Sequence record: DRR723986_3984 | Strand: one strand, 5' to 3' | DNA: 60,843 nucleotides | Part shown: in pieces, positions 18,337-26,786 of the stretch | Layout of the letters: every line of letters begins with the position of its first letter | Position numbering within the stretch: the first letter of the stretch is position 1 | Program-made: the position numbers and the translations under genes | Notes under the pieces: model-generated | What the model saw: only the letters and a program-made list of their open reading frames with translations | What the model was told of the DNA's origin: nothing | The model's database searches: none

Positions 18337-20376
18337 ATGGCGGGTGAAATTGGGCATTTTTCGCTTATTTTAGCGCTGGCCTTCGCCCTTGTCGGCGCAG
18401 CATTGCCGCATCTGGGTGCGTCGCGTAATGATGATCGTTTGATGGCACTGGCGGACCGGTCCGTCTTAGCGCAGTTTTTAATGGCGGTTATCGCCTTTGG
18501 TGCCCTTACCTATGCTTTTGTCACCTCTGACTTTTCGGTGATGAATGTTGCCGCTAACTCCCATAGCTTGAAACCCATGCTGTATAAAGTTTCCGGTGTG
18601 TGGGGAAACCATGAAGGTAGCTTGCTGTTTTGGGTGTTGATTTTGACACTGTTCGGCGGGCTGGTGTCGTGGCGCGGTAAAAACCTGCCGCTTAGGTTTC
18701 GCTCGCGTGTGCTTTCAGTCCAAAGCCTGCTCGTTGTCGGGTTTTTATGTTTCATTCTATTCACCAGCAATCCGTTTTTGCGCCTTGACCCTGCGCTTGT
18801 GGAAGGCTCAGGTTTAAACCCCTTGTTGCAGGACCCAGGCCTCGCGTTTCACCCGCCCATGCTGTATCTGGGCTATGTGGGGCTATCAATCGCCTTTTCC
18901 TTCGCTGTTGCCGCGTTACTTGAGGGCGAGGTTACACCCCTATGGGCGCGGTGGGTGCGGCCGTGGGCGCTACTTGCCTGGGTGTTCCTCACCGGCGGTA
19001 TCGCCCTTGGCTCCTGGTGGGCTTACTATGAGCTTGGCTGGGGCGGATGGTGGTTCTGGGACCCGGTTGAAAACGCCAGCTTTATGCCGTGGCTTGCGGC
19101 AACCGCCTTGCTGCATTCTGCCATTGTGGTTGAGAAGCGTGATGCACTGAAAAGCTGGACAATTTTGTTGGCGATTATTGCTTTCTCCTTCAGCTTGCTA
19201 GGTACGTTTTTGGTGCGCTCCGGCGTAATCACCAGTGTGCATGCTTTCGCAACCGACCCCGCTCGCGGCATTTTTATTCTGGGGTTCCTGGGGTTGGTGA
19301 TCGGTGGATCAATGGCGCTTTATGCCTGGCGTGCGCCTAAACTTAGCCCCGGTGGCATATTTGGCATTGTCAGTCGCGAAAGCGGACTGGTGCTGAATAA
19401 TATATTCCTGTCCACATTTGCAGCGGTTGTTTTGGTGGGCACGCTGTATCCTTTGTTTGTTGAGGCCGCGGGTGCCGGACAAATAACCGTGGGGCCGCCA
19501 TTTTTCGAATATGCGGCCGCCGTGCTCATGAGCCCGCTGATTGTAGCGCTTGGTATAGGGCCGTTGTTGGCATGGAAGCGGGGCAAGCTGTCGCGGGCCA
19601 CACAAATTATTTTCCCCGCTCTGGTGGTTGGTTTGGCGGCGAGCACTATTTTGGTTTGGCGTACCTCTGGTGGCTATATTATGACCGCTTTTGGTTTCGG
19701 CCTTGCTCTATGGCTGTTGACCTCAGTTTTGTTGGAAATTGCCGGTAGAATAAAACTGTGGCAAGCGCCGGGAAATGCCTGGAACAGCTTGGCAAAAATT
19801 ACCCGCGCTCAATGGGGTATGAGCCTGGCACATGCCGGGCTTGCAGTGGTGTTGCTGGGCATAACTGTTAGTGAAGCCTTCACCGATGAGCAATTGCTGG
19901 TTATGGCGCCGGGAGACACGGCCTCTGTCGCCGGGTATGACTTTACCTTTGACGGCGTCGCCCCTGTGGCTGGCCCAAACTTTTCTGCTGTGCGCGGCTT
20001 TTTTCAGGTGAGCGAAAACGGTACTTTCATGACCACTTTAATGCCAGAAGACAGGGTGTATACAAACCCTGTTATGAACACCACAGAAGCAGCAATTTAT
20101 CCGTTATTCTCTGGTGATTTATACGCGGTGATTGGTGAAGCAACAGGGGCGGGCCGCTGGTCTGTGCGCTTGTACTTCAAGCCGTTTATCTCCGGGCTAT
20201 GGCTTGGCGCGTTTATGATGATGCTGGGCGGTATACTGTCCCTATCGGACCGGCGGCTGCGTATCGGTATGCCAAGTGGCAAGCGGGTCACTTCAGTAAA
20301 TCGCAGTTTATCAGGCAAAAGCGCTTCAAGTGTTTCTGATGAAAAAGTCAGCTTCAAGTCGGAGAGTGCAAAATGA
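18337..20376 (+). CDS. ccmF: Heme lyase CcmF
   Basis: WGNHEGS, GLNPLLQ..HPP, WAYYELGWGGWWFWDPVENAS, SVHAFA. Start moved to ATG 18337. Confidence 0.96.
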   Translation: MAGEIGHFSLILALAFALVGAALPHLGASRNDDRLMALADRSVLAQFLMAVIAFGALTYAFVTSDFSVMNVAANSHSLKPMLYKVSGVWGNHEGSLLFWVLILTLFGGLVSWRGKNLPLRFRSRVLSVQSLLVVGFLCFILFTSNPFLRLDPALVEGSGLNPLLQDPGLAFHPPMLYLGYVGLSIAFSFAVAALLEGEVTPLWARWVRPWALLAWVFLTGGIALGSWWAYYELGWGGWWFWDPVENASFMPWLAATALLHSAIVVEKRDALKSWTILLAIIAFSFSLLGTFLVRSGVITSVHAFATDPARGIFILGFLGLVIGGSMALYAWRAPKLSPGGIFGIVSRESGLVLNNIFLSTFAAVVLVGTLYPLFVEAAGAGQITVGPPFFEYAAAVLMSPLIVALGIGPLLAWKRGKLSRATQIIFPALVVGLAASTILVWRTSGGYIMTAFGFGLALWLLTSVLLEIAGRIKLWQAPGNAWNSLAKITRAQWGMSLAHAGLAVVLLGITVSEAFTDEQLLVMAPGDTASVAGYDFTFDGVAPVAGPNFSAVRGFFQVSENGTFMTTLMPEDRVYTNPVMNTTEAAIYPLFSGDLYAVIGEATGAGRWSVRLYFKPFISGLWLGAFMMMLGGILSLSDRRLRIGMPSGKRVTSVNRSLSGKSASSVSDEKVSFKSESAK

Positions 20377-20903
20377 TACAGCGCTTTGTACCGCTTATTG
20401 TTGTTGTTGCCCTTGTGTTGTTGTTTCTTGGCATGATGCTGTCTGATCGAAACCCAAACGAAATTGATAGTGTTTTAATTGGCAAGCCTGCGCCAGAGTT
20501 TCGCCTTGCCAGCCTTCAAGATGATGCGCCTGCGCTAACAACCGCTGACGTGAAAACCGGTGCGCCTGTGCTCGTGAATTTTTTTGCAAGCTGGTGTGTA
20601 CCGTGCCGTGCTGAGCATGAAAACCTAATGCTTTTGGCAGGCAAATACCGTGTGCCTGTCATTGGTATCGCTTATAAAAATGAAGCAGACAAAGCGCGTG
20701 GTTTTCTAACGGAACTTGGTAACCCTTTCAGCAAGACCGGCCTAGACCTTGATGGTCGTGTTGGTATTGACTGGGGCGTGTCCGGTGTGCCTGAAACGTT
20801 TCTGGTCGACGGTGACGGTATGATTCGCTACCGGCATTGGGGGCCAATTGTCGGCGATAGCCTCACTGAGCGTTTGCTGCCTCAACTGGAGGCCTTGCAA
20901 TGA
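20373..20903 (+). CDS. ccmG: Thiol:disulfide interchange protein CcmG/DsbE
   Basis: NFFASWCVPC, GVSGVPETF. Confidence 0.93.
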   Translation: MIQRFVPLIVVVALVLLFLGMMLSDRNPNEIDSVLIGKPAPEFRLASLQDDAPALTTADVKTGAPVLVNFFASWCVPCRAEHENLMLLAGKYRVPVIGIAYKNEADKARGFLTELGNPFSKTGLDLDGRVGIDWGVSGVPETFLVDGDGMIRYRHWGPIVGDSLTERLLPQLEALQ

Positions 20904-21367
20904 TGCGCCCTGTTTTGACAGCCGTAATCACAGTGCTAACGGCGCTTATGTTTTCTGCAATTGTGCAAGCGGTGGCCGTTGACGATAAGCCACTGGACGA
21001 CCCCGTGCTGGAGGCGCGCGCGCGAATGCTGATGAAAGAGTTCCGCTGTTTGGTCTGTCAAAATCAATCTATTGAAGATTCGAACGCAGAACTGGCGCAG
21101 GACCTTCGCATGATTGTACGCGAACGCGTTGCGCTGGGAGATTCGCCGGACAATGTACGCGCCTATATGGTGGACAGATACGGCGATTGGGTTCTGCTCC
21201 GACCGCCGGTGAAAACGTCAACATATTTTTTATGGGCGTCGCCGTTCCTCGTGGTGCTGATTATTTTGTTCGTTGTTATGGGCAAGCGGCGCAGTGCCGC
21301 ATCCCCTGGTGCGCTTTCTGATGAAGAAACCGCGCGTTTGGCGCGATTGCTCGGAGATGACAAATGA
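20900..21367 (+). CDS. ccmH: Cytochrome c biogenesis protein CcmH (CycL)
   Basis: RCLVCQNQSIEDSNA.LA.DLR, RYGDWVLLRPP. Confidence 0.93.
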   Translation: MMRPVLTAVITVLTALMFSAIVQAVAVDDKPLDDPVLEARARMLMKEFRCLVCQNQSIEDSNAELAQDLRMIVRERVALGDSPDNVRAYMVDRYGDWVLLRPPVKTSTYFLWASPFLVVLIILFVVMGKRRSAASPGALSDEETARLARLLGDDK

Positions 21368-22485
21368 TTTGGCTGGTGTTTGGGGCTATTGCAGTTACCG
21401 GGTTTATCGTTTTATTTTTTGGCCGTGCGGGTAAGGGTGTAGCGGTAGACCCGGTTGCGCATTATAAAGCGCAATTGTTGGAAATAGACGCGGACCTAGA
21501 GCGCGGCATGATTGACCCGGAGTCTGCCAAAGCTGCACAGCTTGAAGTAAAACGCCGTCTACTGCGCGCCGTTGATGGCGATGAAAACCCAAAAGCCAAC
21601 CGCTTATCTACAGGCGATCAAACCGGGTTTGCTGTGATCACTTACGGTGCTGCCGTTGCAGCTTTGGTGATATTTTCTGGTCTTCTATACGGCTTGATGG
21701 GGTCGCCGAACACGCCGTCAGCCCCACCGCCACCACGGGAAGTGGCTAAAGACCGTTTGATAGAAGAAGGCGGCGATATCACTTTTGGGCAGGCCATCGA
21801 AAAGTTTAAAGACCATTTGGCCACAAACCCCGATGACATGCAGGGTTGGCAGTATTTGGCAACAACGGCACGCGCGGTTGGTGATTACTCCACAGCTGCG
21901 ACTGCATACGGGGAGCTGGCGAGGGTTAACCCTACTGACCCCAATCTCCGCATCGAAGAGTTTGAGGCCTATATGGCACACGGTGATGGCAGGGTTACGC
22001 CCGCAGCAAGGTTGGTTTTGGCGGCCTTTCTTGATGTTGCGCCTGATCACCCTGCGGGGCAATATTATCTGGGCGTTACTTATATGCAGGCTGGTAATGA
22101 AGATGGTGCGCGGGCGGTATGGACGGCACTTGCTGATCGCTCCACGGCTGACGCACCCTGGATGCCTGCGCTCCAGCGACAACTTAGTGCGCTGGGTGTA
22201 AAGCCGCCGCAACTGTCTGAAGAAGATATAGCCGTTGTGAACAATATGAACGACAGTGAGCGCGAAGAGTTCCTGAGTTCCATGCTGGCGCGGCTGGAGT
22301 CTAAACTCGAATCAGACCCGTCAGACCCGAATGGTTGGTTGATGTTGGCGCGCTCTAAGCTCACGCTGGGCGACAAGTCAGGCGCGATCAGTGCACTTAA
22401 AAGTGGTATTTCTGCAAATCCAGGCGAGAAATCGGCAGAATTGCAGGCGTTTCTTGACAATATTGAGCAAAGTCCTAAACCTTAA
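21364..22485 (+). CDS. ccmI: Cytochrome c biogenesis protein CcmI (CycH), TPR-containing
   Basis: YKAQL.EIDADLERG, E..RRLL, LY..MGSP, TPR blocks NPDD..GW and DP.DP.GW. Confidence 0.9.
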   Translation: MIWLVFGAIAVTGFIVLFFGRAGKGVAVDPVAHYKAQLLEIDADLERGMIDPESAKAAQLEVKRRLLRAVDGDENPKANRLSTGDQTGFAVITYGAAVAALVIFSGLLYGLMGSPNTPSAPPPPREVAKDRLIEEGGDITFGQAIEKFKDHLATNPDDMQGWQYLATTARAVGDYSTAATAYGELARVNPTDPNLRIEEFEAYMAHGDGRVTPAARLVLAAFLDVAPDHPAGQYYLGVTYMQAGNEDGARAVWTALADRSTADAPWMPALQRQLSALGVKPPQLSEEDIAVVNNMNDSEREEFLSSMLARLESKLESDPSDPNGWLMLARSKLTLGDKSGAISALKSGISANPGEKSAELQAFLDNIEQSPKP

Positions 22486-22497
22486 CAGTGCTTTAAC
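22482..22497 (+). promoter_or_regulatory. CtrA-type box TTAA-N7-TTAAC
   Basis: TTAA CAGTGCT TTAAC, perfect match; about 110 bp upstream of the 22607 ORF. Confidence 0.65.
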
Positions 22498-22606
22498 CAT
22501 TCTTCGTTAGGCTGGTGAATGGTGAAGCCCGATTAAGGCGCGAAGAACACGCTTGCCTTCCTATTGCTGAAGTGGCTTTAACGATCTCTCTTTGGGGCCG
22601 ACAATC

Positions 22607-22987
22607 ATGGTTAATGTTAATCCGGGCACGTCTGCTTTGCAGGCGCAGTTGCAGGCAAGCAAAACTAAGGGCGGAGTTTCGCGGAACTCTTCCTCTTTCA
22701 TTAAAAAAGCAATTCCGGTGGATAATAACTCACCTTTTAATCCGCAAGCTGCGGGCGGCAAGCGCAGTGCAGGGCGCGCAGATGTTATACCAAGTGATCG
22801 CCGCCTGCCGGTTAAAACAAACAGTACAGTTGGCAAGTTATCGAGCAGTGATGAGATTGAGGATGCCAGTTTGCGTATTGCCAGTTTTACCGGTTCGAAC
22901 CGTGAAGCACCAAACGGCAGAATTTCCAATGAAAGCCTAGGCCAACGCCATCAACCACTGGGTCAGGTTATTAATATCCTTGTTTGA
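22607..22987 (+). CDS. Hypothetical low-complexity/disordered protein ending in PLGQVINILV
   Basis: S/G/N/R-rich ORF with a hydrophobic C-terminal GxxxNIxV motif; preceded by a CtrA box. Confidence 0.6.
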   Translation: MVNVNPGTSALQAQLQASKTKGGVSRNSSSFIKKAIPVDNNSPFNPQAAGGKRSAGRADVIPSDRRLPVKTNSTVGKLSSSDEIEDASLRIASFTGSNREAPNGRISNESLGQRHQPLGQVINILV

Positions 22988-23044
22988 TCGGTAAATTGTC
23001 ACTCAATACTGGACGAAGCGCCGTGCGCAGGCCACACTGCCCGC

Positions 23045-23584
23045 ATGGCAAACCCACCCTATACTCCTGACCATTTTCACCGTGCTGTTCCCGACGGCGA
23101 CGACCATGAACGTTTGGTGTGTAAAGACTGCGGTTTCGTTGCTTATGAAAACCCCAAAATTATTGCCGGTGCTGTGGTCACTTACGGTGAGAAAATTCTT
23201 TTGTGCCGTCGTTCTATCCATCCGCAGAAAGGCCGCTGGACCATTCCGGCAGGCTTTCTTGAAATGGGCGAAGCCCCGGCAGAAGGCGCTGCCCGCGAGG
23301 CAATGGAAGAAGCCTGTGCGGATATCGAGATCACTGACCTTCTCGCGGTTTATTCGGTGCGGCGCATAAGTCAGGTTCATATGATGTACCGCGCCACTCT
23401 TCCAAAACCCGAGTTTAAGCCCGGCCTTGAGAGCCTTGAGGTGGCACTGTTTGATTGGAAGGATATCCCGTGGGATGAGCTCGCCTTTCCCAGCGTACAC
23501 TGGGTGCTCAATCATTTTGACAGCGTGCGCGGTAAAACTGGTTTCGCGCCTTTCACCAATCCTGAGGGTTGGGAAAAGGTGTAA
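23045..23584 (+). CDS. NUDIX hydrolase with N-terminal zinc ribbon
   Basis: CKDCG..YENP, Nudix box GFLEMGE...[21 protein letters not shown]. Confidence 0.9.
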   Translation: MANPPYTPDHFHRAVPDGDDHERLVCKDCGFVAYENPKIIAGAVVTYGEKILLCRRSIHPQKGRWTIPAGFLEMGEAPAEGAAREAMEEACADIEITDLLAVYSVRRISQVHMMYRATLPKPEFKPGLESLEVALFDWKDIPWDELAFPSVHWVLNHFDSVRGKTGFAPFTNPEGWEKV

Positions 23585-23635
23585 CACCGGCTATGTCCCG
23601 TCAAACGATATTCCCTATTAACCAAGGCCAAACAC

Positions 23636-24430
23636 ATGACCAACCTTATTGCTGAATATCACCGTATGGCAGAGCAAACAGGCACACTTGTTGGTTTGCT
23701 TTTTGAAGACGCGGTTGAGAAAATATATCAGGCTTGGTTACAGCCCGGCGACTATGCTGTGGATGTCGGCGCGCATAAGGGCAGGCACATGTTTCCCATG
23801 AGTGCTTCGGTTGGCCCAAAAGGGCGCATTTATGCTTTTGAGCCCATTGCCAAGCTTTATGAAAACCTTAAGCGTGATACAAAGAAACGCGGTATAAAAA
23901 ATGTGAAACTGTTTCAATGTGCACTCGGTATGGAAGCCAAAACCGCGGCCTTTAGTTACTTTGAGAACCGTCCGGCTTATAGCGGCTTGCAGCGCCGGTA
24001 TAGCCCGTTTAGTGCGGAGGAAGGCGGCCTGAAAGAAATAACAGTGCGGCAGGTGACACTGGATAGCAAACTGCCCCGGTTTAAGAAAATATCTGCCATA
24101 AAGCTGGATATTGAAGGCGGTGAACTTCAGGCCCTTATGGGCGCACGCCAATGTTTGAAAAAATCGCGCCCGTTGATTGTTTTTGAGAATGGCCGTCAAT
24201 CCTCTGCGGATGTGTATGGCTATACTGCGGATGATTTTTTTGATTTTTTTGATGAAATGGCCATGACTGTTTTTTGGCTCACGGGCGAGGCGTTTGTACC
24301 GGCTGATTGGCACAAAAAGAAGAATTGCTGGGAGTTTGTCGCGTTGCCGAATGAAAAGGCGGCTTTTGCAGAAAGCCTACCACTTCTGTGCCAGCAGGCA
24401 TTGGCAGCACATAAAGCTGATAAGGCTTAA
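23636..24430 (+). CDS. FkbM family SAM-dependent methyltransferase
   Basis: VDVGAHKG, YAFEP, IKLDIEGGE..AL.GA. Confidence 0.88.
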   Translation: MTNLIAEYHRMAEQTGTLVGLLFEDAVEKIYQAWLQPGDYAVDVGAHKGRHMFPMSASVGPKGRIYAFEPIAKLYENLKRDTKKRGIKNVKLFQCALGMEAKTAAFSYFENRPAYSGLQRRYSPFSAEEGGLKEITVRQVTLDSKLPRFKKISAIKLDIEGGELQALMGARQCLKKSRPLIVFENGRQSSADVYGYTADDFFDFFDEMAMTVFWLTGEAFVPADWHKKKNCWEFVALPNEKAAFAESLPLLCQQALAAHKADKA

Positions 24431-25083
24431 TCCTCGGTCGGCAGGTATTTTGCCAAAAATGGTGCTTGGGCAATGGTGAAAACCACCAGCGCACCCATGT
24501 AGCCAAAGGTTTTGAAGTTTACCCAAATTTCCGTGGAGTAATTTCGCCAGATCAACTCGTTCACTGCCGCCATTAACGATAGAAATATGATATAGTTCTT
24601 TGTGATCAATCGCCAGCCTTCGTCAGGCATTTCAAGCGCAGATTCCATCAGGCTTTTGAAGAACAACCGCCCGGTGAGCAGACCAAAAAGCAGGATAATC
24701 GCGAATAGGCTGTTGATAACAGTGAGCTTCATTTTAACGAAGGTTTCGTCCTGCAAATACAGCGTCAATCCGCCCATTACCATCACGATAACCAGTGTGA
24801 ACCACTGCACTTTGGCAATATGACCAAGAAATTTTTTGGCCGCCATCATGGATAAAGGGTGCACCACCATGAATGTGATGGTTGCGGCATATATACCGCC
24901 CATGCGGAAGGCGACGAAAAAACTGATGAGCGAGCCAAACTCAATCAGCGGTTTGATCCAGCCAGCAGGCTTCTGTTTTTCTGCACCGCCCACGTCATCG
25001 TTGGGTTGTGTTTCCTGCGGCGCGCCTGTTGCTTTTTTATCAGTCACTTCTGTTCTCTTTTTGCTACTGTTCGGCGGCGACAC
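24427..25083 (-). CDS. yciB: Inner membrane protein YciB / septation protein IspZ
   Basis: GGLTLYLQDETFVKMK.T, NE.IWRNYSTEIWVNFKTFG. Start uncertain (GTG 25083 or 25047); the longer ORF would overlap the divergent MFS gene. Confidence 0.85.
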   Translation of the reverse strand: MSPPNSSKKRTEVTDKKATGAPQETQPNDDVGGAEKQKPAGWIKPLIEFGSLISFFVAFRMGGIYAATITFMVVHPLSMMAAKKFLGHIAKVQWFTLVIVMVMGGLTLYLQDETFVKMKLTVINSLFAIILLFGLLTGRLFFKSLMESALEMPDEGWRLITKNYIIFLSLMAAVNELIWRNYSTEIWVNFKTFGYMGALVVFTIAQAPFLAKYLPTED

Positions 25084-25150
25084 TATCGCCTCTTGCCGCT
25101 TGAGGGAAGACCTCGTTAGATGGAACTGCTTTTTTTGATCGGATGCTGAC

Positions 25151-26464
25151 GTGCTGAAACTGTTTAAAGACCGAAATTTCTCCATCTACTGGATTGGTGA
25201 ATTTGTGTCTGTCGTCGGTGACCACATCAGCATGATCGCTTTTCCGTTTCTGGTGCTTCAGTTGACCTGCAGTCCGGCGCTGACGGCCTTTGTGTTTGCG
25301 GCTCAGGGCCTGCCGCGGGCGGCGGCAATGTTGGTGGGCGGCGCAGTTGTGGACCGGACAAGCCCCAAACTGATCATGATCCTCTCCAACCTTGTGCGCT
25401 GCGCACTTATTATGCTGCTGGCGTATTTGCTGTATACGGACCAAGTAACACTGCCGGTTATTTTCGTCGTTGCCGTATTGTTTGGCTTGGCCGATGCGTT
25501 TTTCTACCCTGCGAACACGGCCATGGTGCCTTCGGTTGTTGCCAAGGAAGACCTTAAAGAAGGCAATGCGCTGGTGCAGGGCTCGGTGTGGGTTGGGGTG
25601 ATTATTGGTCCGGCGCTGGCGGGCTTGCTTATCGCCGGGCAAATCACCACCGTGGGACATGATTTAGGGCTTGAGGCGGCAAGCTACCAAAGCAACAGGC
25701 CCGGGTTTGCGCGCGCTTTTTTCATTGATGGCCTCACCTTCGCCTTTTCCTTCATCTCGCTATTGTTCGTGCGCGCCCGTTCACTGGCAAAGGACGACGA
25801 AGACGCCAACGAGGAAATGCCAACATCCATGCTGGGTGAAGTGATTCAGGCGATTAAATGGGTTTGGTCCGTACCCGCGGTGCGGCTTGGGTTCATCGGC
25901 ATTGCCATTTTTGAGTTTTTCTTCCAAACGCCCATTTTTGTCGGCTTACCTGCCTTGGCAAAACTTAGATTTGTCGAACCCGCTTTTGTTTACGGCCTTA
26001 TGGTTACGGCATACGGCTCAGGTGCGCTATTGGGAGCTGTTGCTGGCGGTATGACCAAAGGCCCCAGGGATGAAAATTTGGTGCGCACCATGTTTCTTAT
26101 ATTCATCGGCTCAGGTGCCGCTATTGGTCTGGTGGTTTTATACCCCCCCTATTGGTGGGCGATGGTGTTGTTCTTTTTCTCGGGCGGGTTAGACAGTTTT
26201 ATCTGGGTGCATTTCACCACATGGCTGCAAAAGTTAACGCCGGAAAAACTGCTGGGCCGGGTTATGAGCATCATGATGTTCATGTCCGTTGGGCTTATTC
26301 CCATCGCGAGCATTATTATGGGCATTGCCTTTGAATGGAACCTTGAGGTTTCGCTTGTTGCCGCCTCGGTTATTCTGGTGGTCAGTTGTGTTGTGGCGGC
26401 GCTGCACCCGGATAGTCGGCGTTTAGGCTTGCCTCAAACCGTGCATGATAAAGCATCCCCATAG
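25151..26464 (+). CDS. MFS transporter (DHA3/MFS_3-like)
   Basis: About 12 TM helices; GGAVVDR motif A, AFFYPA, Q..TPE.LLGRVMS. Confidence 0.88.
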   Translation: MLKLFKDRNFSIYWIGEFVSVVGDHISMIAFPFLVLQLTCSPALTAFVFAAQGLPRAAAMLVGGAVVDRTSPKLIMILSNLVRCALIMLLAYLLYTDQVTLPVIFVVAVLFGLADAFFYPANTAMVPSVVAKEDLKEGNALVQGSVWVGVIIGPALAGLLIAGQITTVGHDLGLEAASYQSNRPGFARAFFIDGLTFAFSFISLLFVRARSLAKDDEDANEEMPTSMLGEVIQAIKWVWSVPAVRLGFIGIAIFEFFFQTPIFVGLPALAKLRFVEPAFVYGLMVTAYGSGALLGAVAGGMTKGPRDENLVRTMFLIFIGSGAAIGLVVLYPPYWWAMVLFFFSGGLDSFIWVHFTTWLQKLTPEKLLGRVMSIMMFMSVGLIPIASIIMGIAFEWNLEVSLVAASVILVVSCVVAALHPDSRRLGLPQTVHDKASP

Positions 26465-26641
26465 AACGTTTAGGGCTTGCCATTAGTGTTTATGTATTTT
26501 GGTATAAACTTTATCATGCCAGCCTAAACGAAAAGTAATAAACCTTATATATATCATAGGTTTAATCTATAGTTCCATGGAAGTTTTGTCTTTGTATGCC
26601 TACACTGTCTTATCGACAATATAGGCAGTTGAGGACCTAAA

Positions 26642-26786
26642 GCACGGCCACCCTCCATAGGGGGTGCCAGCGTTCAAGAAGCCGTAAAAGCGGTCAGCGC
26701 CATCGCCGTGATATCAATCCGTGTTCACTCACAAGAGTGGGCGGTTGGGTGCAAAAAGCTCGCCTTCAGCGAGGACTGTGCCGTGC
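26642..26786 (+). promoter_or_regulatory. Candidate structured 5' leader of the sulfotransferase gene
   Basis: Four hairpins (three with G-U pairs favouring the + strand); GCACGGC can pair with 26705-26710 or with 26780-26786, which covers the start codon. Confidence 0.4.

Noticed and set aside
25084-25185. N-terminal extension of the yciB ORF
   Set aside because: Overlaps the start of the divergent MFS gene; downstream GTG starts are more plausible.
26700-26770. c-di-GMP-I riboswitch resemblance (GAGUGGG...GCAAA)
   Set aside because: The conserved GGCAAAC...GAAA...GACGCAAAGC arrangement is not present.
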